Below are positions 38,627 to 53,009 of a DNA stretch of 64,000 nucleotides, one piece after another. A program made the position numbers and the translations under genes. The stretch is taken from positions 9,780,844-9,844,843 of the forward strand of contig CM082588.2 in the NCBI GenBank assembly GCA_040954595.2. The letters are read 5' to 3'. The DNA comes from Balanoglossus misakiensis (Eukaryota > Animalia > Hemichordata). Below the pieces are notes generated by a model. The model was not told the DNA's origin, did no database searches, and saw nothing but the letters and a program-made list of their open reading frames with translations. Position 1 is the stretch's first letter. Each line of letters begins with the position of its first letter.

Positions 38627-41600
38627 GAGTGGTACATACCATGTGAAGATGATGGTGGATTGCTGGCTTCAGAGGCTTGTATGGCCATGGTTTGTGTGGT
38701 AGTGGGCATTGTTACTGGAGTGGAAGCTGTTGAGGAAATAGAGACATGTAGAAATTGTTGTCTATGTGGAAGCAATGGTCGATTTTAATGTCGAAAGAAA
38801 TCTGAAGAGTGTTGTTGCTTGTTGTTTGTGAAGCTAAGCCAAAACACTCTTTGTGATCATGTGGTAGTATGGAACAAGGGAAATGTTGTTTCAGGGGAAT
38901 CAGTGCTGAGGAATTATTGCATTGTTAAAATGTTATAGAATGGTACTTACCATATGTACACGATGGTGGATTGCTGTCTGCAGTGGCTTGTTTGCCCATG
39001 GTTTGTGTGAAAGGTGGTGATGTAGCTGGCATTCCTATTAGAATGGAAGCTATTTAGGAGAAGAAAATGTTGAATATGTAATGTAGGTAACGTTGATGAT
39101 GGATAGGAATTTAAGGAACTTGCAGAGTGCTCAATTACGGTGTAATATGGTTGAACTGTGAGTGACTTCCATTTTGGGGGTTATTACTTTAGTATGCTTG
39201 CTTTGTATGTTAACTGTACTTTTTGCAGAGCCATTGTGTACTATTCAGAATTGTTTTAAAATAAATGGAAATATGGACTTCACTTGAGAAGCTCAACACT
39301 GCGAACATTTCATGAAGTTGTGCAAAGTAGAAGGGAGCGGAGTTGAAGCATAGGCGAATATAATACAGGGGAAAAAGTGTCAAAATCAGGATGACTAGTG
39401 GAGTCGAAATGTTAGTTATGTATTGTAAGGTTGGATGTTGAAAAAGGGAACTGGGGGTGGAAAGGTTAGGACTACATGGAAAGAAAAAGTTATATACACA
39501 GCCTTAAAGCTGATGTAGCTGTCAAATGTCACATATATTTTCCCGAAGTGAAATAGTTTAAATGTATTGCCTGTGCTGTGAGATTCTTATCATTAAGTGA
39601 TATAACTTGCATTTCTATTATTTTGTTATATCTTGGTAATGCATACCGTGATAGCTGATGTCTACTGTTTGTAAGGAGGCTGATTAAACGGACAAAGTCT
39701 CTCTCCAGCTGCCCCTTTTCCATTAATTATGTTTGATACAAGACACGGGTAATGTTAATGTAAATGTTGATATATAGTGAATCAATGATCGACCACACAA
39801 AACTTCCATCCCACTTGTATGATATGAGAGTAAAACTCGCCCAAAATGAATAAATGGTAAAGAACGATTATTCATTTTGGCGAGTTTTTTCACTCTCCTG
39901 TCTACAAGAGGGACGGAAGTTGTGTGTGGTTGAACGTTCATTCACTATATATCCACATGTAGAATAACAAATGGTGTCTTGTATCAAATGTAATTAATGG
40001 AAAAAAGGGCAGTGAGAGAGAGACTTTGTCCCTTTAAATTGGTGTGGCACTGTTTGAATACATAGGATTTCCCAATGACTACATACAGCCACGATTGCAT
40101 ATTTATTAGTGAGCTTATTTAGATGGAGCAATTGTAGTTGGGAAATAAAATCATGAAAAGTATGGCAAAAAATATCAGCTGTAGAGGTTTTTAGGAGAAG
40201 CTGTTGTTGGAAATAATAAATATGTATAATACTTACATGTACTTGGTGTACATGGTAATGTAGGTGGTGGTGTATCTGTAAATTGTAAAGATGAAAGAAG
40301 TATTGGGTATTATAATAATAGTTAATTTGTCAGGGCTTGCAGTGTACGCAAAGGGCGAAACCAAGTTGCATGAAATTGTATGTGAATTATGTAGAACATA
40401 CAATAGACAAGGAGGGTTTCAATTAAGGTGGGATTGCAGGAGAAGTTGTGATTTGGGCAACTGTGAGTTTTGTACATAAATTGGTAGGTCTAATACTGAT
40501 CCATTTTCGGACAAATGCGTTTTGGTGGAAATGGTGCATAATCATCGGGAAGTAGCACTTTTCAGAATGAGTCTACAGCTTGAGAAATAGGTGTCAGCAA
40601 TGCAAATTGTTGCTGTTCTCAGTTTGCATTTTTGCTACTTTGGACTACTTCAGGAGAATTTAGTTTTTCTGTGCATTGGCCAAATTTGCTGAAATTTTAG
40701 CAGGAAATTGTGTATGACCCATGTAACAATATGAAAATATTTTTAGTCAATAAAGTGTCACTGGCAGTAATAAACTCTGATTCAATGCAACTCAACGTAA
40801 ATTTGCTCAAATTGTCTAAAAATCTAACTTCCAAACATTCCTTCCTTAATGGGAGCAGATAACATCAAACGAAATTTTGGTAATTTTGCATGTGCACTCT
40901 AGTTTCGAATCATATATTAAGATGCATGATGCATGGTGAACTTTTTTAGCTGATTTCAAGTGAATGGCATAAGATCAGGAAATGGGTTTTTACCGCAAAA
41001 ATGCTACCATTTTGGAGGGTCAATAAAATTTGCAAGTCAAACAAAAGTGTGAGTTTTAACGTTGTCTTTGATGAGGAATAGGCCTCTGGAAAAGTCTTGA
41101 TGGTTTAGTGCAATGCCACCTGAAGTGAGAACATGAATGAGTTCTAGTTCCTGCTGAGGCTTAACTCTAAAAATCACATCAAGGACACGGTGGTCCCATG
41201 GAGTGATTACACAAGAAAAAGTATATGGCCATATACAGACAGACACACACACACACATAGCGAGAGATCAATGGGCAAACACTGACTGACCTATAAGCTG
41301 CCAATAGCATATGTACTTTGCATACACTAAATAGAACAGCTGACCTCTTTTAAACTTAGCCAGTTATGTAATCATTGAGCAATTTGCTGTGTTTATATGA
41401 ATCACAGGAGGGGACTTCCTGCCTAATTGAAAAACTCAATAAAGTAAATACACATTACTTAGCAAAGTAATCTGACCAGTAGTTCTTGAGGGACTGAGTT
41501 TTGCCCAAAGTCATATTTTTCCAGCTAATTTGCATATTTCTTGCAATGACAACTTCATTTGAACAAACTCCTATCTACAGCCCAGCCTGCATCAGCACAC

Positions 41601-43261
41601 CAAATATCAAGGTGACACACACAGTGGTTGTCAAGTTTTTGATGTGAATGGACATACAGACAAACATCCAATTATCCATCGATCCATACAGACACAACCG
41701 ATCCCATAAACTCCCATGGTACATACCAATGGGACCCAAAAATGATTTTTCCAGTTACAGTATCATTTACATTACAGTATCATTATCATTTGTTGAATGA
41801 AGTACATAAAGATCATGGAAGAGATTGTGTTGCAAGTGGGTTCTTCCCCTCCGTCTCATATGCATGAGCAAGGTAGTGAATTCTAGTGGTGGGGAAATCA
41901 CCAGGAAGCCCTACTTGCTTTGTTATATCAAATGGTTTCTGGGGCATTAATTATAGCACTGACACGTGTGTAGTTTGTCGCATACTTCATAGGTTATTGT
42001 GTGTAAATCAGTGTGTGTCCTGGTACAGCAGACAAATGCACATATGTGTACATGTGTACAGGGTGTCTGATTGACTAATTTTGACAAGGCGGCGAAGTTA
42101 GCCTTGCCCATTCTGTTATTTGTCAAATGATTTTTTTACGTGCATGTCATGCGACTGTTAAATAATAACTGATGATAGCGAGGGGAAGATCACGATTTGA
42201 AGGTGGCATGAGGGATGGTGATGTCTGACCATAATGTTGTTGGCACTAGGACTGCAGGCGAGGGTATCATGAATATATTGGTGTGAGAGCACCAGCGTGA
42301 GGGCAAGCTTCAAATTGTGAGGTTGCTTGAGCATTACTCAAAAATATAGTATGAGTTGTTCAGCTTAATTTGGGGAAAAATGAGAACAGAACATGTTTGC
42401 ATACAGTCAAATTATTATTGAACAATTAGAAAAGTTGTTTTAGAAAAGGAGATTTTTTGTACAATAAATGAGGGAAATGACAGAAAAAATCCCTGAAAAC
42501 AGCCATTTTGTGGTATCATCACAAAATGGGAGAACTGTATAGAACGTATCAATAAAGTGAATACACACAAATTTGCAAAGAAATTTGATTAGTAGTTTTT
42601 GAGTTACTGAGTTTTCTCAAAATTCACATGTTTTTGCTAATTTGCATATTTTTGGTCATAACAACTTAATTTCAGTGAATTGGATTGTAGCCTAGGTAAG
42701 TACATATTATAACTGTTTGCAAAGAAGTGGGTAGGGACAATGTAATTGGAGTTTGTGATATTTTGCTATTATGGATCGATGGAGATTTTGTATGTGGTGA
42801 TTAACAGTGTGTAGGAATTATAGTTGAAACTATATAGAGTGGTACATACCATATGAAGATGATGGTGGATTGCTGGCTTCAGAGGCTTGTATGTCCATGG
42901 TTTGTGTGGTAGTGGGCATTGTTACTGGAGTGGAAGCTGTTGAGGAAATAGAGACATGTAGAAATTGTTGTCTATGTGGAAGCAATGGTCGATTTTAATG
43001 TCGAAAGAAATCTGAAGAGTGTTGTTGCTTGTTGTTTGTGAAGCTAAGCCAAAACACTCTTTGTGATCATGTGGTAGTATGGAACAAGGGAAATGTTGTT
43101 TCAGGGGAATCAGTGCTGAGGAATTATTGCATTGTTAAAATGTTATAGAATGGTACTTACCATATGTACACGATGGTGGATTGCTGTCTGCAGTGGCTTG
43201 TTTGCCCATGGTTTGTGTGAAAGGTGGTGTTGTCATTGGCATTCCTATTTGAATGGAAGCT
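38627..43261. repeat. ~430-bp dispersed direct repeat (38627-39052 and 42837-43261)
   Basis: Near-identical blocks beginning gagtggtacataccat. Confidence 0.9.
41169..41742. mobile_element. Short HINE copy, opposite orientation to 24208-25496
   Basis: aaaatcacatcaaggacacggtggtcccat ... tcccatggtacataccaatgggacccaaaaa mirrors both ends of the 24208 element. Confidence 0.72.
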
Positions 43262-44106
43262 GCCAAGAGAATAGAAATTTGTGAAATATGTGGTGTAATG
43301 GGAAGTGATGATGGATTGTAATTTGAAAAGTGTGAAGTGTGTTGGGTTTATTGTCATTTGATCTGTATACATTTTGAATCTAGTACTTTCATTTGGTGAT
43401 GTTTGGTCAGTATTATTGTTTTCTGTATGAAGTGCACTTTGCTTGTGACATTTAAATCAATGTTCACTATTTTTGAAACAGGCAATTTTCAGAGAAGAGC
43501 ATTGTGGTTGTTGTTAAACGAAATAAATTGGAATGTGGAGCCTTTATGAGTAATGTGAACAGAGTAATTGTCTATGGGGGCAAGTCTCAGAGGTTATACA
43601 TAAACTTTGTGTGTGTGTGGACACAAGTGACTCAAACGATTAATTCTCTGTGTTTATGAAATGCAAGTAGTGTTAAGAAAACTTGTTGGATTTTTTTCCC
43701 CAGTGTAACAGTGGTATATGTAATGTAGAACCACATGTGTATATCGATAAGATGTTTACTTAAACCTATGAGGTTCCGGACATTTTATGGTCAATTATGC
43801 TGTGTTTGAAATTGTGGTTATTATAATACTTACTAGGTGTAAAGAATGGAGTAGTTGATGGTAAAGGTGGTGGTGGAGGTAGTTGTGGTGTTCCTGTTAA
43901 ATCTGTACGGTCAAAAAATAGAAATGGTAGAGTAAATTGATTTGAAGTCAACTTGGATTAATCTATATAAGTAAGCTATACTGATATGTATATATTAATG
44001 TCTGATGACAATTTGAATGTCATGGTTATAGTTGCAATGTGAAAATCTGGTAGATTGGAAAAGTGTTGCAGTGTTGTAATCCCATGGCGAGTACACAAGT
44101 ATCATG

Positions 44107-44806
44107 AGTGCCTTTCACACGTGCCGTCAACGCCGCCCCAGCAGCTGCCCTAGAGCGGCGTTAATTTGTAAGTGCCACGTGTGAAAAGGTGAGAGCGGAC
44201 CTGCGCCGCTCTTTTTCTGGGACGGTGTTGAGGGGTGGGACCTGGGTCGGGGCGCCGCACTAAACAGCGATTCAAATCACGTGTGAACAGAAACACCGCA
44301 CTAAACGCCGATCTAAACGCACTCTACCGACGCGGTTTGTCTCATTAAGCGCTGCATTAAGCATTGAGGTTCACTTTACTAAAACAATGGCCGAAGCAGT
44401 GTCTCGAGGCAACAATTGGAGTGACGCGGAAATGGCCAAGGCACATACACAGGAATTGCAAACTCGACCTCCGACGACGATTTTGTAGCATGGACTGCAG
44501 TCTTCCAATCGCAACCTCCAATGAAAGGTTACCATAAACGGGTATGGGGTCATTCAAATGCCCATGAAATTGGCGTCGACGACGTTTAAAAAGCAAATTC
44601 AGGAGTACCATATACAGTGAACACATCACTGGATCCGCCATTGTGACCTTTTAGCCACGCTGCTGTGGACGCGCGTAGAGGGAGATGACCCCGTCCCTTT
44701 TATACACATGTGAATGCAAAACAATTTGAGTCGTTGATAAGAAATGTTTACCAACTTTTATAATCCCAAAAAGGGCGCCCTAACCATGGCACATGTGCAA
44801 GCGGCT
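44107..44806. mobile_element. Harbinger-like MITE
   Basis: Imperfect TIRs agtgcctttcacacgtgcc / ggcacatgtgcaagcggct, 3-bp TSD atg, and a GC-rich island in an AT-rich context. Confidence 0.6.
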
Positions 44807-46713
44807 ATGGTCATGACAGTTTGAGCAGTGCTTATGTTTTGTGTACACTACAAAATAATCCGTGCTGATTAATCCTCTGGCAACCATGCTATTTGTCACA
44901 TGCTACCTGGCAGCTCAAGAAAATGGTGGTAAGTTTCATGCAAATAGGCCTGCACGTACATTGTAGGTAGTTAACAGCATCAGAAAACCTTCCTTGAGGA
45001 GGTTATAATTAAAGTGTGAGTGTCTTGGTCACCACTTGTAGAGAAAGATGTTGGTTGTTTTGGAGAGCAAATGCCAGCCACACTTAGTCATTGTTATGAC
45101 AATCCCTGTCTACGAAGAGCATTTGTGCAGAGAGTTTTCCTCATGTTTGAAATTGCTGTGAGAATCTTAAACTGTTTCCTGCAAGAATTCTGTTGGAAGT
45201 AGATGACAAATTCATGCAAATACAGCTAATGTAGCTTAATGCGTTTTATTGTAAAGCATGGGGAGAATATTGAAGCATGTTATCGTTGGTAAAAAATGCA
45301 AAATGTGGCAGCTGTACAGGTTTAATAAAATGAATAGTGACAATGCGGACATTGAATGGAAAGCGTCATGAGCGCATTGGACTGTACCATTGTCTGCTGC
45401 TATAGGTTTGAATGGGAATTAGGGTTAGGTTTTTGGTCGGAAAAGTTAGCGTTACGGTTAGGTTAGGGTTATTGAGTACGTGTTTAAAATGACTGAAGTG
45501 ATTGAGTTTTATGAATGAAGTCAAGTTTTGGCTGCGAACACCAGTAAATCTATAGCAGTATCTGCTATATTCACTGCAGGTAAACTATATTCAAATGTTA
45601 ATGCTAACCATGTGTAGTAGAGAATGCTAGAGTCCTAGGCACATAATGCCGATGCACACTGTGGGTTGACCTTAGTATGAATACATTAGCTAAGTAAGGG
45701 TTTACCAAAAAGAAATGTTGTTTACTAAATAGGAATAGAATAATTGAAATGAAATACATAGGATAAGGGACCGTTCAGTTTTTACGGCAGGGGGGGGGGC
45801 TGGCAAGTTTGTGTCATCAGTTCTCAAAATCAGGCCGACCCCCCCTTCACCCAGCACAAAAAAATGATGACCCCCCCTTTGACAGACCCAAAAATATGAT
45901 GACCCCCCCCCCCCCACGCTGAAAACATTCTCCGTCCTGATCCTATGTATACACTGTATGCAATAAAGGGAATGGGGCTCCTCACCCCTCAATTATAAAT
46001 TTCTTAAAGTAATTGAATTTTTTAATAATATCGTTGCAATAAAGAAATCTATGAACAAAATAAAATGACAAGTCAATACAATAGTTGCTAGAATTGGTAA
46101 AACAAGAAAAGTGGCGTGGGAGGGGGTGTCCCCCTCCCACATAAGAAAATTTTGTAAAATACGTTGCTCAAAGTTGCATTTTAATGAACTCAAAAGCAAA
46201 TAAAGTCAATGTTAGGCAGGACGAATTTTGATTTTGCCACTCCACTCAAAGTAAGCATAGGGGTGGGGTGGGAATAAGTCTGCCCTGGTACACTAGACAA
46301 ACCAGCGGATAAATGATATGTTGCATAGAATGTAGGGGGTGGGTGTGGGAGGGGGTGTCCCCCTCCCACATAAGAAAATTTTGTAAAATATGTAGCTCAA
46401 AGTTGCATTTTTATGAACTCAAAAGCAAATTCATCTCAATGTTTGGGAGGACCAATTTTATTTTTTGCCATTCCACTCAAAGTTAGAAGATTTGGCGTCA
46501 TCTTCGTCATGACATCATTTATAAAACTTCCAATATATAGAAGATGCAGCACGAAACTATCAGTTATGCAAAATGGTTTAAAAGTTTATTCTCCTTTATG
46601 TATTAACTTTGTTAAATATTATCATCAGTGGGTTTGGGGTTGCAAGCACTCTGCCCTGGTAGAATAGTCAAACCAGCAAAAATCGATATGTTGCAAAGAA
46701 TGTAGGGGGTGGG

Positions 46714-49700
46714 TGTCATGAATTCAATGCATATTCATAGTTTCGTTTGTCGCACTGCGCTTATGTCATGAATTCAATGCATATTCATAGTTTCGTTTGT
46801 CGCACTGCGCTTTTTTTGACCTGGCGTTTGCGGTCAGTGCGCAGGCGTCCGTGTAATTTTTTTTTTCTCCGTATTAAATTTGGAAGCCCACGTGTATGCG
46901 TCCCCGTGTTTTTTTTTACCCAAGCAGTTGCTGGAAGGAAGGTGGATACGACGCCCAAGTACATGTAAGTTTTGAACATGTCAATGCGTTAGTGAAAGTT
47001 GGTAGTGCGAATCTGAGGGGATATGATGATGGATTTTGATGGTAGCCGCCGTCGTGGATGAATACCGTTCCCTTTGAACCGGCTGTTCGGGAACTCTCTG
47101 TTGAGTCGCGGCTTCTCGTGACACGCAGCTTTGAATGAATATACAAACATCACTGTTTCTTCCCTGTCATTAAAATTATCGAACGTAATTGTCATTGCAA
47201 ATATTTCACAGACGGTATTTTGTCGTTTCGTTAATTACTGACAAAAGATATCAGAGCTTTCTTTTCTGACAATAAAATATCTTGAAGATCCAAAGTGTCT
47301 CTTGCTGGCAAGCAAATTTTCCTCACGCCGTGACATATGGGGGCTCGTCCGGGAGAACGGCAATTTCGTTCTAATAAATCGGCGAGGATATTTGTTTTCT
47401 TGGTGGATTTCTGAACTTGTGAAATCCACAGACGGTATAGTATTTGTAAAACTGAGCATAGTTTATTTTTATTTCCCGTAAATCCTAGTACATGTACATA
47501 AAGCAGTGACATAGAGCTTTCTACTCAGTACGTATTTCGTTTTGTTATAATTGCCTAAAATTGTAAGGCGTATATTGTCGTGACTGATCCCGGTTGATAT
47601 TTCTTGGACACTGCACTTCTTGCAGGGTAGTAGACGCACAATAGCATTGTGTGAAACTATCTGGATATCAACTGGCGGGTCCGCTTCCTTGAGTCCAAAT
47701 TTGTTTAATGAAATTGGATAGTTGGTCTACTCGAAAGCTTTTCACTGTTTTATAGGTTGCAATTATATATGTATATCAGTGCTTTGTACTAGTACGCAGT
47801 TGACATTTTATTAGATATGGAAAAGTTTATTGACATTGGATCTGGGCTCGGTTTAACGGGTGAAGCGTTGTTAAATTTTGTCAAGGAGCAGCAGAATATA
47901 GAGAGAGAAGAGAGGCAGAGGGAACGTGAGTTAAAAAGGGCTGAAATTGAAAGAGAGATCGAAGAGAAGAAGATGGCGGCAGATTTAGCTGAAAGAGAGG
48001 CACACCGAAAACATGATTTAGTTGAAAGAGAAGCGCAAAGGAAACATGAATTAGAAATGAAACGGCTTGAAGCCGGTAGTGTCGAAGGGGGGCGTCATTT
48101 TGATGCTGGTTCTGATTTGGCGAAATCTCCCAAGTTACCCGCTTTTGTTGATGGGAAGGATGAGCTAGATAGTTATTTGCTCCGTTTTGAACGCTTTGCA
48201 ACTAGTAATAAGTGGGATAAGCCAAAGTGGGCATCTTTGTTAAGTGCATTGTTAACGGGTAAAGCTTTAGATGTTTATTCTAGACTGTCTGATACGGCAG
48301 CACAGAAGTATGACGATGTTAAGGATGCTCTGTTGAAGAGATACGAATTAACAGAGGATGGCTATAGAGCCAAGTTTATGAATTTCAAACCCGAACATGG
48401 GGAAAGTTGTGATCAATGTTTGGTCCGTTTGATGAATTATTTCCATAAGTGGATCGAGTTATCTGGTACTGTGAAAGATTTTGATAATGTATGTGAACTT
48501 ATAGTCAAACAGCAGTTTATTGAAACATGCCCAAAGGACTTGGCCGTACATTTGCGTGAAAAGAACCCCAAAACTTTAGATAAAGTTGCAGATATTGCAG
48601 ATCGTTACCTGCAGGCTCACGACAGACGTTTAACGTCGCTTGTAAACAATACTGATACAAAGCCTGTAACCAAAAGAGAACGCCGTCCTGCCAGTAGTGG
48701 TGGAAGCGGCATTGAAACCTCCGGTATTCAGTGTTATCGATGCAAGGGGTATGGCCATTTGTCCAAAGATTGTGCAAGTAAAATTGACCATAAAAATGTG
48801 TTTGGGGTTAAATGCCATAACTGTGGTCGTTTGGGACATAAAGCCCAAACGTGTAGGTTTCAGACTAAGTCGGGTGAGAAACCCACTCCCAAAAGAGTAG
48901 GAGCTGCAGTGACTAACCTTGATGCGATTCATTCCGTAAGGGGAGAGATGAGCGCCGCCTGTCTTGTAGGGCCAGAGCCTGCAACAAAGGCTGATGTGGA
49001 GTCGTGTATAAAAAATGGCGAACTTCTATTGGCTGGTGGGAAAACGATACCACTAGTTCATACTGCGTGTTTTCAGCCATTAGAAGCGAAAATGCCTACT
49101 GTAAAAGGGAAAATTGGTAACACTGCTGTAACTGCTCTCAGAGATACTGGTTGCAGTGGTGTTGTTGTCAAGAGGGAATTTGTGAAAGATGACCAATATA
49201 CAGGTAAATTTTGTTGTATGCTTATGGTTGACAACACTGCTCGCACAGTGCCTGTTGCTAAAATTCATATTGATACTCCTTATTTGACTGTCGAGGTAGA
49301 GGCACAGTGTTTGCCTGATGCTATTTATGATTTAGTAATTGGTAATGTTCCTGGAGCAAGAGCGCCAGGTGATCCTGATACAAATTGGTCAGGAAAATGC
49401 GCTGTAGTTACTAGGGCTATGGCTAAAAAGAGCGACCAGTGCAAGCCCTTGAAAGTGCCTGCTGGCAGTAAATGTCTTGATGTTTGTAAAGAGAAGTTAA
49501 TTGAAATGCAACGCAGTGACTCTGCTCTTGATAAATATTGGTCATTGAATACTCCCGAGGTCAAAGGGGAACGGGAAGTAGTATTTTTGGTAAGGGGTGG
49601 TGTGTTGTACAGACAATATACTCATCCATATTTAAATCATGGAACACCTGTGAAACAGATAATGGTTCCAAAAGCATTGCGTAATCAAGTTATGTCAGTT

Positions 49701-52700
49701 GCCCATGATTCTATAACAGGTGGCCATATGGGGATAAAGAAAACCACAGACAGAGTATTGACAAATTTCTATTGGCCGGGTATTCATGGTGACATAACAC
49801 GTTTTTGTAGATCTTGTGATATTTGCCAGAGAACCATATCTAAAGGCAAAGTCATTAAAGTTCCCCTTCAGAAAATGCCGTTGATAGATGTACCATTCAA
49901 ATGAGTAGCCGTAGATTTAGTGGGGCCCATACACCCTCCTAGTGAGAGTGGCCATAGATATATACTTACCCTTGTCGACTACGCTACTAGATATCCAGAG
50001 GCTGTGCCATTAAAGCGCATCAGCACTGAGGATGTAGCAGAAGCATTAGTTGACATGTATAGCCGACTTGGTATACCTGAAGAGATTTTACATGATATGG
50101 GGACACAATTTGTATCAGAATGTATGCGTGAAGTGTCCCGTTTACTTGGAATCAGGGGAATGTCGACCACACCATATCACCCGATCTGTAATGGTTTGGT
50201 CGAAAAATTCAATGGTGTTTTAAAGTCGATGCTCAAACGTCTTTGTAGCGAACAGCCAAATCAGTGGCATCGTTACATCAACGCATTATTATTTGCATAT
50301 AGGGAGGCGCCCCAAGAGTCAACTGGGTTTGCCCCATTCGAGTTGATGTACGGGAGAACAATTCGTGGGCCGATGCATATTCTTAAACAGCTTTGGACAA
50401 CAAAAACTGATGAGACTGAAGTTAGAAATAGTTATCAGTATGTCTTCGAGTTGAGAGAACGTCTTGAACAGACATTGAAAATTGCCCAAGCTGAGTTGTT
50501 AAAGTCACAACAGCGGTATAAACACTATTATGACCGCGGTGCTAAAGTACGAAAATACATGCCAGGGCAGATGGTATTGGTTCTGTTGCCTACTGACAAC
50601 AATAAATTGCTCATGCAGTGGAAGGGCCCTTATAAAATCGATAGTGTTATTGGTACCAATGATTACAAGGTATACGTAAATGGGAAGTACAAGACGTATC
50701 ATGCCAATTTGTTGAAAGAGTATATTCATCGAGTTGAATTAGACAGTGATAAAGCAAGTTGCTGTTTACCAGCTTTGAATGTCGCAAGTGCCGCTATAAT
50801 TGAGTATGAGGAAGCATGTACTGAAGATGCTGTAGTAGGTGATGACTTGTTGGAGCTTAACACATGTCTGTCAAAGGAAACAGTAGCTGATGTGAAGTTC
50901 GGTGATAAACGTACCCATGAGGAATTAGAATCTGCTAGGGCATTAGTAAACGAGTTTAGGCACCTATTTACTGATATACCAGGGACTACTAATATAGTCC
51001 AGCACCACATTCATCTTACATCAGATGAGCCCATATGTTCCAGACCTTACCCAGTCCCATATAAGATAAGAGAATCTTTGAAGAACGACATACAAAGTAT
51101 GTTAGAAATGGGAGTGATACGTGAATCTAGATCGCCTTATGCTTCACCAGTAGTAATAGTTCGCAAACGAGATGGCTCGAATCGTATATGTATCGATTAT
51201 CGCAAACTTAACAAAGTGACCGTATTCGATCCAGAGCCAATAATGACTTCTAATGACGTACTACACGGCCTTGCTGGCGATAAGTGTTTTACAAAAATCG
51301 ATCTTAGTAAGGGGTACTGGCAAGTTCCTGTTGCTGATGGGGATATACCAAAAACAGCGTTTGTTACACCAGATGGAGCGTACGAGTTCCTGAAAATGCC
51401 ATTTGGTATGATGAATACAGGTGCGACTTTAGTGCGTGGGATTCGTAAAATGTTGGGTGGGATGGTCCATGTAGTTTTCTATATAGATGACATCCTCGTC
51501 CACACACGTACGTGGGCGGAGCATTTGCGTGTGCTCAGAGAGTTGTTCAAGAGAATGTCCGAAGCAGGATTTACAGCTCGACCATCCAAATGCATTGTGG
51601 GAGCTGACAGTATTGATTTTATCGGTCACCATATCAGGGAAGGTCACGTGAGTCCATACGAAGACAACGTTGAGAGAGTTAGAAATGCACAACGTCCGAG
51701 GACGAAGAAGGAAGTAAGGTCATTTCTAGGTCTTACAGGTTTCTACAGAGAATACATTCCAAACTATGCAGCAATAGCAGTGCCATTGACAGATCTGACC
51801 AAGAAGGGATCGCCAACTAGAGTTGCATGGGGCGACGCTCAGGAGATGGCATATAAGACGCTTATCCAACGCATAACAACGAAACCGATACTGAAGTTGC
51901 CTGACCCTGATAAGCAGTATGTTCTACGTACGGATGCATCTGATGTTGGTATCGCGGCTGTATTGATGCAGGCACAGGATGGTAAACTGTTCCCCGTGAG
52001 TTTTGCCAGCAAGAAGCTGTCAGAACATGAGAGGGGATACTCAACTATCGAGAAGGAGTGTCTTGCTATTGTCTGGGCTGTTAGGAAGTATATGATGTAT
52101 TTGTATGGTACAGAGTTCGTACTGCAAACTGATCATCAACCGCTCGTGTACGTCGACCGTGCCAAGTTTATCAACGACCGCGTAATGAGATGGGCTATGT
52201 TCTTGCAGAACTACAGATTCCGAGTTGAATCCATCAAAGGATCGGACAACCATGGTGCGGACTTCTTTAGTAGAGCAGTGTAGAACGATTGACGGTTTTG
52301 CTAAACAGCATTTGGAAATCGAGTTTCACGTTATTGAATTCGCGTTGTAGTAGCAAACTTATAAGTTAGCTTTCAAAAAGGGAGTTATGTCATGAATTCA
52401 ATGCATATTCATAGTTTCGTTTGTCGCACTGCGCTTATGTCATGAATTCAATGCATATTCATAGTTTCGTTTGTCGCACTGCGCTTTTTTTGACCTGGCG
52501 TTTGCGGTCAGTGCGCAGGCGTCCGTGTAATTTTTTTTTCTCCGTATTAAATTTGGAAGCCCACGTGTATGCGTCCCCGTGTTTTTTTTTTACCCAAGCA
52601 GTTGCTGGAAGGAAGGTGGATACGACGCCCAAGTACATGTAAGTTTTGAACATGTCAATGCGTTAGTGAAAGTTGGTAGTGCGAATCTGAGGGGATATGA

Positions 52701-53009
52701 TGATGGATTTTGATGGTAGCCGCCGTCGTGGATGAATACCGTTCCCTTTGAACCGGCTGTTCGGGAACTCTCTGTTGAGTCGCGGCTTCTCGTGACACGC
52801 AGCTTTGAATGAATATACAAACATCACTGTTTCTTCCCTGTCATTAAAATTATCGAACGTAATTGTCATTGCAAATATTTCACAGACGGTATTTTGTCGT
52901 TTCGTTAATTACTGACAAAAGATATCAGAGCTTTCTTTTCTGACAATAAAATATCTTGAAGATCCAAAGTGTCTCTTGCTGGCAAGCAAATTTTCCTCGC
53001 GCCGTGACA
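46714..53009 (+). mobile_element. Gmr1-like Gypsy LTR retrotransposon, young and complete
   Basis: Near-identical LTRs 46714-47335 and 52388-53009, TSD gtggg, PBS tgggggctcgtccggga (tRNA-Pro) and PPT aaaaagggag. Confidence 0.95.
47817..52283 (+). pseudogene. Gag-PR-INT-RT-RH polyprotein with one premature TGA (49902-49904)
   Basis: SCAN-like capsid, two CCHC, LRDTG, HHCC, integrase core, then YIDD and TDAS. The same frame continues on both sides of the stop. Confidence 0.92.

Noticed and set aside
45419-45471. Telomere-like ttaggg repeats
   Set aside because: Only two exact units amid degenerate sequence; too short to call.
46747-47195. Small ORFs duplicated at 52421-52869
   Set aside because: Chance ORFs within the two LTR copies.
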